Made by a program: the position numbers and the translations under genes
The notes under the pieces: generated by a model
Told to the model about the DNA's origin: nothing
The model's input: the letters and a program-made list of their open reading frames with translations, nothing else
Database searches by the model: none
In this document: one piece after another, positions 12,070-21,759 of the stretch
Position numbering within the stretch: the first letter of the stretch is position 1
Layout of the letters: each line of letters opens with the position of its first letter
Source: Selaginella moellendorffii
Lineage: Eukaryota; Plantae; Lycopodiophyta
Assembly: GCF_000143415.4 (NCBI RefSeq)
Contig: NW_003314331.1
Coordinates: forward strand, 230,244 to 294,243
Direction: 5' to 3'
DNA: 64,000 nucleotides

Positions 12070-12912
12070 ATGGCAGAAGCTTTTGGAAGGTTATATGGGG
12101 ATCAAGGGTTGGAGAAGAAAATCAATGTTCTTTGGGATTCTGGTAGTGAGTGTGATTTTATTTCAGAAAGACTAGTCAACGAATTTAATATTACTGTGGA
12201 TATTAATTCACGGGTTAAAGATTTCAAGTTCATGGTGGAAGATTGTGAATTGAAAACAACTCTGACTGTCCTACCAGTGATTCTTGATCACGACATAATT
12301 TTAGGTTCACCTTGGATGCATCAACATTGCTTAAAATTGGATTGCAGTGGCAATATAAATAATCTAACTTTTGAGGTAAATGGTATTATATATTGCCTCA
12401 GGGGTAATTACAATTTATTCAAGTCTAGAAAATACAAAAGAATAAATCAGCATATATGTCCTCCTTTTTACGACGTGGAGTATAAGGGGAGAATCAATGA
12501 TCATCAAATCAGAATTGAATTAGATAATGGTTGTGATATATCAGCTATATCACTTGATCTTCTTAAGAAACTTGGAATTAAAGCAGTTCAGAATCAGAAG
12601 TATTTTGGGAAAAGGTTAACTGCAAAAGTTCAACTAAAATATGGTTATGGAGCTGAGAATTTATTTTATAACTTGGGAGGTTTTTCAGAAAGTAGAACTT
12701 TTCTTGGTATAGTAGATTATTCAGAGAGCATATATCTTGGGATGGACTGGCTTAAGAAACACTCAGCAGTAATTGATTATAGAAATCATACTGTTACTTT
12801 TAGAAGTGAATTGGGCTGGTGGTATAGATTTCAATATCCACATGGTATATATGAAGTGAGTAAAGATAAATTTACAGAGGAGATGAGTAGTTTATGTTGG
12901 TGCTTAGTTTAA
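12070..12912 (+). CDS. Intronless protein with two tandem retropepsin-like aspartic protease domains (copy 1, intact, 280 aa from ATG)
   Basis: Domain 1 VLWDSGSECDFIS...DIILGSPWMHQH. Domain 2 IELDNGCDISAIS...IYLGMDWLKKHSAVIDY. AT-rich; TATAAAT and telo-box TAGGGTTT just upstream of the ATG. Confidence 0.8.
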   Translation: MAEAFGRLYGDQGLEKKINVLWDSGSECDFISERLVNEFNITVDINSRVKDFKFMVEDCELKTTLTVLPVILDHDIILGSPWMHQHCLKLDCSGNINNLTFEVNGIIYCLRGNYNLFKSRKYKRINQHICPPFYDVEYKGRINDHQIRIELDNGCDISAISLDLLKKLGIKAVQNQKYFGKRLTAKVQLKYGYGAENLFYNLGGFSESRTFLGIVDYSESIYLGMDWLKKHSAVIDYRNHTVTFRSELGWWYRFQYPHGIYEVSKDKFTEEMSSLCWCLV

Positions 12913-13692
12913 TTAAGCACTTATTGTAGCAATTTAATTCACAAAATTATTCACTAAAATAAATCTATATTATGAGTGCACCACCTCACACTAGAATTCT
13001 TATTTGCATAGATAGAAATAATTGTGTTTTGTGGTGAGAGAAGGGAACTTTCAAGCGGGGGAGGAAAGAGGGAAGTTGCACTTGCCCTGGGAAGTGAAGG
13101 CATGACATTGGTTTGAAGATTTTTGGCCTCAACATCTTTTTTTTCTTCTCAGCTAGAAGCTCTCCTCGCTCCCAAGCGATCAAGTTATGAATCGATCACT
13201 CTGTCAGTCAGTACCGAGCTAGAATTATCCGGCTGCCACACCGACATCGGGGATACTGTGTGCTGAGTTAAGTGCATTACCTCATCCGAGCGCCTTTTTA
13301 TCGTTTCCCTTTGATGTCTTCTAGCTGTATGACTGAAGAACTGATCCAGATGCTTGTTGTTCGCAATGCTGACGTTGCAAGAGAAGATAGAGGCGACAAA
13401 AGAGAAACGATTGATTGCTGCTTTGGGATCCACTTAGCGCTGGATGGCCTGGATGAATCACTTTTGAGATGCTCGCTTTGACACCCTCGTCACCCGGATA
13501 TTTAAAGCAAAAACTTCCATGAAGAAAGAAGATTTACCACGCTCTGATGAAGCGGAACCACCATTCCCATCTCCTCATCTCGCAAAATCTCGCGTCTCGA
13601 CTTCCCACCTACATCTACCACAACACAAACAAGCAAGCAAAACCACGGCGAGAACAAATCCCAGGCTCGCAATCTCTCACTCGATCCATAGA

Positions 13693-13912
13693 TCAGCGCT
13701 TGCCGCCACCGCCGCCAAGCTTGGGCCCCTTGGAAACAGGCCCCCGCTGGATGGGGGCTTTCACCTTGGTGGCCTTGGAGAGCACCTCGGCCTTCTTCGC
13801 CTTCTTCTCGTCCTTGGTCTTCTTGATCCTCTCCTTGATCTCCTTGAGCGCCGCCTGGCGCGCAGCCTCCCTCACCTCCGTCTTCTCGGCCCGCTTCTTC
13901 TGGATCACCTCA
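13693..13912 (-). pseudogene. RPL24: 60S ribosomal protein L24 (eL24) C-terminal exon fragment
   Basis: [41 protein letters not shown]...[11 protein letters not shown]. The N-terminal exons are absent. Confidence 0.85.
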
Positions 13913-13989
13913 CATTTGACACGTGGCGTGCCCACATTCGAGCGTACAAACCGTATGATACCGGCTTCCGGTCGACCTCTTGTGAGAGG

Positions 13990-14345
13990 AACTGTACGTA
14001 GCCCTGACGTAGCGTGTCAAAGTGAGAGTTGTTCTTGGCGATTATTCAAATTTTTGAAATTTGAAAGCGTTGTCGATTTCCAGCCCTTGCAGGTTCTTCA
14101 TTGCCATCTTGTCCGGGCGTTGCCAAGCAGTCGAGCGATTTCAATCGAAGTTTACCCAGAAGCTCGTCGATGGCATTGGCCAAAACTCGTGGCGAGGATT
14201 GCAAGGAACTGTCCTAAACTTCTCGCCACACCTGCTTCCTCCAAGCTCCTCTCGTTCTTTGTCTTGGAGATGGAATATATGAAAAGAAGAACAGCATTTT
14301 GGTTAAGCAGACGGGAACAACACCGTGAGCAGCTATAAGCGTCTC
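13990..14345 (-). pseudogene. Degenerate inverted copy of the MurG 3' exons and downstream region
   Basis: Reverse complement matches ~59870-60350 (e.g. gaagtttacccagaagctcgtcgat; gtgtcaaagtgag) and includes the introns. Confidence 0.85.
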
Positions 14346-14445
14346 GTTGCAACTCAGTTTGACAGTCATGATCTTTCAATTGGAATGACTAGCAAAGAAT
14401 TACCATAATCTGTCGTATAGAAAAGCAAAAAAAAGAACCTGGAGT

Positions 14446-14628
14446 TCATTTGCGAATAACTCCAGAGACCCAGAGAATTATGACCGGGGCGTTTTGATGA
14501 GTTTGCCTGTACTCTTCGTGGTAGTGGCCCCTGAACTTTAGCTTTGGTTGATCAGCCTGTCAAGATTTTGAGTGACCGATTGAAAGGAAAAAAGAAAAGT
14601 TGGTACCAGCATTCCTAGTGTTTGTGCT
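14446..14628 (-). pseudogene. Last exon plus preceding intron of a conserved plant PAN/Apple-like domain gene
   Basis: ADQPKLKFRGHYHEEYRQTHQNAPVIILWVSGVIRK*. The intron and exon end overlap the fragment at 16470-16545 in opposite orientation. Confidence 0.6.
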
Positions 14629-14645
14629 AGTAGATACAGGGTTTG

Positions 14646-15390
14646 ATGGCAGAAGCTTTTGGAAGGGATCAAGGGTTGGAGAAGAAAATGAATGTTCTTT
14701 GGGATTCTGGTTTTAACTGTGATGCTATTTCACAATGATTAGTCGACGAATTTAATATTACTGTGAATAATAATTCACAGGTTAAAGATTTCAAGTTCAT
14801 GGTGGAAGATTGTGAATTTAAAACAACTCTGACTGTCTTACCAGTGATTTTTGATCACGACATAATTTTGGGTTCACCTTGGATACATTAACACTGCTTA
14901 GAATTAGATTGCAGTGTCTAATGTTTGAGGTAAATGGTATTATATATTGCCTCATGGGTAATTACAATTTAATCAACTATAAGGGTGATCATCAAATCAG
15001 AATTGAATTAGATAATAGTTGTGATATATCAGCCATATCACTTGATCTTCTTAAAAAAATTGGAATTAAAGCAGTTCAGAATCAGAAGTATTATGGGAAC
15101 AGGTTAACTGCAAAAGTTCAACTAAAAGATGGTTATGGAGTTGAGAATTTATATTATAACTTGGGAGGTTTTTTAGAAAGTAGAACTTTTCTTGGTATAG
15201 TAGATTATTCAGAGAGGATACATCTTGGGATGGACTGGCTTAAGAAACACTCAGCAATAATTGATTAAGAAATCATACTGTTACTTTTAGAAGTGAATTG
15301 GGCTGGTGTATAGATTTCAATATCCACATGGTATATATGAAGTGAGTAAAGATAAATTTACTGAGGAGATGAGTAGTTTATGTAGTTTAA
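14646..15390 (+). pseudogene. Tandem-retropepsin gene copy 2, disrupted
   Basis: Closely similar to 12070..12912 with deletions, an in-frame TGA and frameshifts. The second motif reads DNS. Confidence 0.85.
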
Positions 15391-16261
15391 TTAAGCACGT
15401 ACTGTAGCAATTTAATGCACACAACTATTCACTAAAAGAAATTATATTGTCCTAATCTTGATGCGAGATTTATGAAGCAAGGGAGTGCACACCCTTCACA
15501 CTGAATTGTGTTTATAGTGTTAGCGAGAGCATGGGATTTTGGATAAAAAGGGGAGGAAAGAGAGAAGTTGCCTTTCAGGCACTTGCTAAATGTTTCTGTC
15601 TGGGAAGTGAAGGCATGATGTTGCTTCGATAAGTGCCCTCCAGTCTTCCATGGCATGTAGATAGAGAGCAGTTGTTGTTGCTGTGGCCACATGAATGTGG
15701 GAGGTCGTGACAATAGAATTCCATTGTGGGGAAGAAGAGCTGTAGCTGCACGTATATGGGATGTGAAAGGGTCTTTCTTTCTGTCTTGCACAGTGGGTAG
15801 AAACAGGCATCTCTGGTCATGACCTGCATTTGTCTTCGGCCCAGTTTGACGTGAAGTGAGTGTGGGCTTGTTGGTATTTTGCGAGGATGCACCTGGTGTT
15901 GTTGACATATTGGAGACTAGAAATTGCCTAGTAGAAGCGAGAAGTTTGAATATACTTTTTAGTTGATCAACTTGATTGCCTTATGTCCTAGGCAAAGGCA
16001 TTTTACCATAGTTGCATTCCAGGGAGTGATTGGCTCTCCTAGGGCAGATAAAAGCTTCATTTCAGCTCCCCTGTTTAACGTCCTACACTCTCATCTTACG
16101 TTTGGACTGCTCACAGGTGTGGAAGTATTGGACAGATGGTGCTGGAAATCTGATCGTGTGTTCATGGCGGCTGACCCGACGTCCGAAAACGCAATCCCAG
16201 CTAATACCGAGTATCAGGCTTTGGAGTGTTCAGTACTGGTTTAATCCTCGGTTTTCTTGTA

Positions 16262-16503
16262 GAGGACGTGATCATCCCTGGAAGCCGAGGCACGTACAAA
16301 TTACGATGGTGTTGCTGTCTGGTGGGGACTGACTCATAACACAGAGAGCGCTGCCGATTGCTGTCAAGCGTGCTTCAACCAGGCCAAAGCCACTAAGCTG
16401 GGCGAGGTGAATGGCAAAATTTGGGTGTTTTGTGCTGCCGAGAACGGCTGCCACTCGCCTGATATTTACGAGCCACAAACACCAGGAATGCTGGCTCAAA
16501 CAG
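16262..16503 (+). pseudogene. Internal exon of the PAN/Apple-like domain gene
   Basis: YDGVAVWWGLTHNTESAADCCQACFNQAK...IWVFCAAENGCHSPDIYE, followed by a GT donor. Confidence 0.65.
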
Positions 16504-16634
16504 GTACCGATCAACTTTTCTTTTTAATTTTTCCTTTCAATCGATCCCTCGCACTTGCATGTATCTAGTTTTGAAGAGGTGGTGGAGGGGAAGGAGTGTT
16601 GTCGCGTTATTTCTTCTTGACTCAAGTTCTCTTA

Positions 16635-17380
16635 TTTGACAGGAAGCGTGTGGGGCAATGTTTGTCAGCAGTGTTGTCCTTAGATGGAAGGAAAAATTTA
16701 CTAAGAGTCATGATATATTTCTATGCTTACACTTTGTAGGCATATCACAAATAACACCATTATTCCAATTTCTATTCGTAATATAAATAATATATTTTAT
16801 TATAAATGATAAATAATATACTTTTTCAAATTTATAAGCATTGCAATTATTTTTTCCTTCAATTTGCATACATAGATATGTATTATATTGGATTTTTTAC
16901 CACCATACTGTGGGCATTCAAAATGAATATTTGCACAAGATCCTTGAACAACAGGAAATTTGCGGTTTATTTAAAGTGTTTCTCTGGAAGTTGTTGGTCT
17001 TTCATCGACAGAAAAAATTTACGGAGCGAGTGGCTCTGCATGCAACACTTCAAAGTTAAAACGAAGAACCCAAGGTTCCACTGAGATGGAACAAAACATT
17101 TGAAAGTTACACTTATTCTCGCCATCGTATTGGTGGATTCAAAAGCATTAAAACAGAATATCATTGGGGAGGAGGATACGTGCTTTAAAGAGTGAAACGG
17201 AGATGGAAAACGGAAAAACACCAAGCAAGAACTCTCCAGTTGACTCTGCGATATTGGTGCAAAACCGATCTAAGCCAGAAGAGATTGATAGCTAGAGATT
17301 TGTAAACAAGAACTTAACAAAGATTTGGGACAACATGGCTTGCTGTGAATCAAAGTGACAAGGAAAACAAAACTAATGGT
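16635..17380. repeat. Diverged direct copy of ~54270-55096
   Basis: Shared sequence from gcaatgtttgtcagcagt to ggaaaacaaaactaatgg; related ORF translations 16806..17084 and 54612..54818. Confidence 0.85.
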
Positions 17381-17414
17381 TTGGATTGCTGAGGACGATC
17401 TGCTACCACAAGCT

Positions 17415-17943
17415 TGACTCCACTCACTTGCCGCTTGACTTGCTCCTCGAGCGTCCCGGAGCCACGCAGCACCGATCGATTGTCCCGCGACGCCGAGAAT
17501 CCGGCGCCGCTTGCTCTCCGCCTCGCTGCGCTGTGACGAGAGCCACTCCACCTCCTCCTTGAGCAGCCGGACTGCATTGCTGTGACTGGATTCCCACTGC
17601 CTGGCCAGCCCGGAGAGCTGCCCGACTCCCACATTCGTGGAGCCAACCAAGCTCGACAGGTAGCTCGAATCGGCGATGCCCGCCTCGCCCGCCAGGGATA
17701 CGTTGTCCGGCTTCTGCGACAAGCGCTTCTCCCAATTCAGGTCGGGTGGCCACATCGAAGATCTCTTCTCTAGGCTCCCGAGCTCGTCCTGGGAGTGCAC
17801 GCGATGATCGATTCCAGCTTCCAGCTTGATTGGTTGGATGTGATGATCGAGCAACGCCAAATTACTCGCAGGGAAGAGATGGTGTGATCGATTCTTCTTC
17901 TTACCTCTTTGATCTTACTCCTCTCGTCACCCACATTGGGCAT
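17415..17943 (-). pseudogene. Truncated duplicate of the histidine kinase first exon
   Basis: Matches 6779-7320 with small indels (deletion near 17492) and is truncated at 17415. Confidence 0.88.
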
Positions 17944-19046
17944 TCACCGCGACGATGGAGACGACCACCCTGGATTTTCGTGGCGAATTCCCGAATCCGC
18001 GATCGACCCACTAAATCCGGGCCGCGGAGGCGACTGCCCACATGGATCGATCCGCGCGGCGGCGCTCCTGCCGGGAGCCCACATCGATCGTGTCATGGAG
18101 AATCTCCCAAAAGAAGCATTTTTACTTTTGAGAGGAAGTGTTCCTAGGATCACGGATCACGGAGAGACTATAAAGTCTGATGGATGGAAGGAAACGATTC
18201 TTCACGCTTGGAAGCTTGATCAAGCTCGAGCGAGCTCCTTCCAAATTGGTGAATGCCTTCCTTTTTCGAGGCATCTACGGTGTTCTTTTCCTTTTTTTTT
18301 TTGGTGTGTGAGCCACTGCTGGTGCATGAATCGCACTGTGGACGGATGGAAGACATCTCCCAGGCCCTCTGAAGAAACGAAAAAACTATACCAAGTTAAA
18401 CAACCATTTGAAAGTCCTAAGAACTAAAAGCAAAGAGAAACCATACCACATTTCCAACACAAACAACATCGATGTCCTTGTTGCGCCCAAAAGTTACTAC
18501 ACCACCGCGAGCGAGCTTTTTACCATGTCCGCAAACCTGGAGAAATCGCAGGATCAAAACGCTTTCATCGCGAGCAAGCATGCAGCATAAGAAGAGAAAA
18601 AAACGCGAAAAGTGAAAGAGAAAAGAAGAGTGCTCACCATGGATGGCTGCTGCTGTGCTGGTGTCTATCCATTCAAGGAGATGTTGCCATCGTTACGGTT
18701 TTAAAATGCGGGTCAAAACGGGGTCTCACCTTGTTTTTGTTCCTGGAGGGTGAGGACGACTTGTGTGAAGGAGCAACAACGTAAAAAATGAAGAGGATCA
18801 CCTTTGTGCGGGATATACCAGCGCCTATCGAATACCGTGAACCGACGTTTCAGGAATTGCCAGCAGCCGAAAGTGTCCGACTTAACAGCGGAGAAAGCTC
18901 AAGAAGGGAAATCTTCGTTAGTTACTGATAAGAAAGAAAGACAACAACGCAACCTGAGATAGAAGTGAAGTAACACATGTCGTTTCTCTCCAACAGTAGC
19001 GTCAGTCAGTGGAGCATTAAATCGTTCCCATGACTGTTTCCCATGA

Positions 19047-21527
19047 CTATGAAGCTTTGTCTTGGAGCTGTAAATCCGACTCACCTCGCGCATAGATGTT
19101 GGACATGAGAGAGTACGCGGAGCCTGTTCCATCGTCGAGCTTGAGAACCGACTGGAAAGCCATCCTGCCAAGCTCCACATCTCTCCACTTGAGGCATGAA
19201 CTTAACAGCGCCGTCCACAGCACCGCGTCCGCCTTGCAAGGCATCGCCTCCACGGTCTTGAGCGCTTCGTCTAGCCGATTTGCCCGGCACAGAAGATCCA
19301 CCAAGCAAGTGTAGTGCTGGACGTTTGGAACCACTCCATACTCGCTGCTCATGGCCTCGAAGAACTCACGTCCCTTGTCAACCAGCCCGGCGTGGCTGCA
19401 TGCCGTGAGCACCGAGACAAAGGTGACGCCGTCTGGACGTACTCGTTCACGCTTCATGGCCTCGAAGAGCTCAAAGACCCGCAGGCTGTCGCCCTGGCTG
19501 CTGTATCCCGCCATGAGAGCACTCCATGCCACCACCGTCTTGTCCGTGATTGCCTCAAACGCCTCCTCGGCTTCGGCCATGCTTCCACACCTCCCGTAGA
19601 AGCTAACGAGAGAGCTTCCCACCGATGGCTCTGTATCCAGTCCAGCGCTGCAAGCTTGGACGTGAATCTGCTGCCCGAAGTCCAGTGCTGCAAGGCTGGC
19701 GCAGGCTTTGAGAACAGCAACGTAAGTCACCCCGTCCGGTTCCAAGCTTTTCGCTTGCAGCAACCGAGTGTAAAACTCCAAAGCTCGCTCGGGTTCTCCA
19801 CACTGACTGTATCCCAAGATCATGGAGTTCCAAAGAACAAGGTCCCGACCTTTGATGCTGTCGAAGACTCCCCGAGCATCCTCCATGCTTCGACACTTCG
19901 TATACATATCCACCAGGACACTAGCAAAGTAGACATCCAGTTCGCAAATCCCTGCGACTTGCAAGTGGAGAGCTCTGCCTTTTTCCAACCATTTCTTCAC
20001 AAGCTTGCCGTCTTCTTTCTCCGTTAGAGTCGCAACAGCCTTAAATGCAGTAGTAGCAGTGACATGATCTCCCTTAACACCTTCCTCTTGCATGCTTTCA
20101 AACGATTGTAAGACGAGCTTGTGCTGGCCGCCGCAAGCATACCCCAGGATTATCCCCGTCCAAGATATCACATCTCGCACCACCATATCTTCGAAAACCA
20201 GCCAAGCATCCACCATGCTTCCACACTTGGCGTACATGTCAACGAGAGCATTATGAACAGAGAGGTCTTCTCCGTCCACAAAAGCGAGAGCTCGAGCATG
20301 CACGGCCTTGCCTCTCTCCAAAGCCCGAAGCTTAACGACGCCTCCGTCGACAATCTGGCCCTGTTCCTTCTCAGCCAAGGTGACGCAGGCCTTTAGTGCA
20401 GCAAGAACTGTGACACGATCTGGAGCGCAACCATTCTCATCCATGCTAAAGAATATCTCAAGAGCTTGCTCGCCTTTGCCGTTCTGAGCATAACCAAGAG
20501 TGAGGCAGTTCCAAGAAACCACGTCTGGACGTTCAATACTGTCGAACAAACTGCGAGACTCCACCATGCTCCCACACTTGGCATAGAACTCCACGAGTGT
20601 GTTGGTCACTAAGATGTTTGACGAGTGCTCACCAGCTTCCAAGTGAACGGCCCTTCCTTTTTCCAAGCTCTGAATCTTCAAGACTTGCGTTTCTTCTTCA
20701 CCATGAACAACTGTCCCAAGTTCCTCGTCTGCGAGACAGCAACAAGCTTTCAGTGCTGCGATGAAAGTTAAAGCATCCGGTGGAGTGTCTCCACGACGCA
20801 TTCGAGCATAGATATCGAGAGCTTCACCACCCTCGCCGCTGCCGGCATACCCGAGAATCATGCAGTTCCATGTCACCACACTACGATGGCTCATTCCTTC
20901 GAAAACTCGACGAGCCTCTGTCAAGCTCCCACATTTTGCGTAAAGATCAATCAACGTGCTCGCGACGAAGAGATCCGAGTCTATGCCAAGTTTTACTGCT
21001 TTCCTGTGAATCTCCCTGCTCCTCTCTAAGAATACCACCCGTCGACCATCCAAAGCCTGCCCGGAATCCTTCTCTATCAAGCTGGAACAAGCCTTGAGAG
21101 CACCAAGAACTGATACTCGATCCGGTTTGTACCCTTCGTCTTCCATACGAGCAAACAACTGTAGAGCCATGTCACCGTTTCCACTATGTGCATATCCCTG
21201 TATGATCGAATTCCAGGAGACAACATCGCGATGCGGCATGCTGTTAAATGCTGCACGGGCATCTATCATGCTTCCGCATTTCGCGTACAGATCAAGCAGG
21301 ATGTTGGCGACGATAATGTTTGAGAAGTCACCTGTCTCGGAAACATCCCTGTGAATTCTCCTGCCTAGTTGTAGATCTCTCATGCTTCTACATACCTTGA
21401 GAGCGCCAACAACAATGCCAATGGCTGGTTTCAATTCCTGACGTTGCATTCGTCTGTACACTGCAAGAGCATCCTCATCTGAAAGACCCTGAGGTTTCTG
21501 CAGAAGTGGACCAACCTTCGTTTCCAT
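19047..21527 (-). CDS. PLS-class PPR protein with E-like extension, no DYW
   Basis: Repeated LxDxYAKCGS / VVSWNxxIxGYA / PDxVTFxxxLxAC motifs; C-terminal PNVQHYTCLVDLLCRA...W.ALLSSC. Confidence 0.93.
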   Translation of the reverse strand: METKVGPLLQKPQGLSDEDALAVYRRMQRQELKPAIGIVVGALKVCRSMRDLQLGRRIHRDVSETGDFSNIIVANILLDLYAKCGSMIDARAAFNSMPHRDVVSWNSIIQGYAHSGNGDMALQLFARMEDEGYKPDRVSVLGALKACSSLIEKDSGQALDGRRVVFLERSREIHRKAVKLGIDSDLFVASTLIDLYAKCGSLTEARRVFEGMSHRSVVTWNCMILGYAGSGEGGEALDIYARMRRGDTPPDALTFIAALKACCCLADEELGTVVHGEEETQVLKIQSLEKGRAVHLEAGEHSSNILVTNTLVEFYAKCGSMVESRSLFDSIERPDVVSWNCLTLGYAQNGKGEQALEIFFSMDENGCAPDRVTVLAALKACVTLAEKEQGQIVDGGVVKLRALERGKAVHARALAFVDGEDLSVHNALVDMYAKCGSMVDAWLVFEDMVVRDVISWTGIILGYACGGQHKLVLQSFESMQEEGVKGDHVTATTAFKAVATLTEKEDGKLVKKWLEKGRALHLQVAGICELDVYFASVLVDMYTKCRSMEDARGVFDSIKGRDLVLWNSMILGYSQCGEPERALEFYTRLLQAKSLEPDGVTYVAVLKACASLAALDFGQQIHVQACSAGLDTEPSVGSSLVSFYGRCGSMAEAEEAFEAITDKTVVAWSALMAGYSSQGDSLRVFELFEAMKRERVRPDGVTFVSVLTACSHAGLVDKGREFFEAMSSEYGVVPNVQHYTCLVDLLCRANRLDEALKTVEAMPCKADAVLWTALLSSCLKWRDVELGRMAFQSVLKLDDGTGSAYSLMSNIYARGESDLQLQDKAS

Positions 21528-21759
21528 CAAGGACAGATTATGGATTCTACGAAGGCCGTAGTAAGAAACGATAAAGCGAGCTCAAAATTTTCATACCTCG
21601 AGCCTGATCAGTTCACCGCTGCTAAACAACCTGCAGCGTTTCAAGTTCCTTCAATGCAGCAAGATCGCTTGACTTATCCCTCGACAAGCACCAGCTCTAC
21701 GTCAATATCTTTGCAAGAAAAATTAAAAAATCACGAAACGAATAGCCAGATACCTGTGT

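Noticed and set aside
12896-12912. CaaX prenylation signal at the protease C-terminus
   Set aside because: The cysteines are at positions -5 and -3 (CWCLV), not -4.
12070-15390. Intact LTR retrotransposon around the protease ORFs
   Set aside because: No gag, RT (YxDD), RNase H, integrase, LTR pair or primer-binding site is recognisable near any copy.
19314-20027. Long antisense ORFs over the PPR, kinase and TPR genes (also 45200..45913, 55835..56803, 6370..6921)
   Set aside because: Shadow frames of GC-rich coding sequence with no recognisable motifs.
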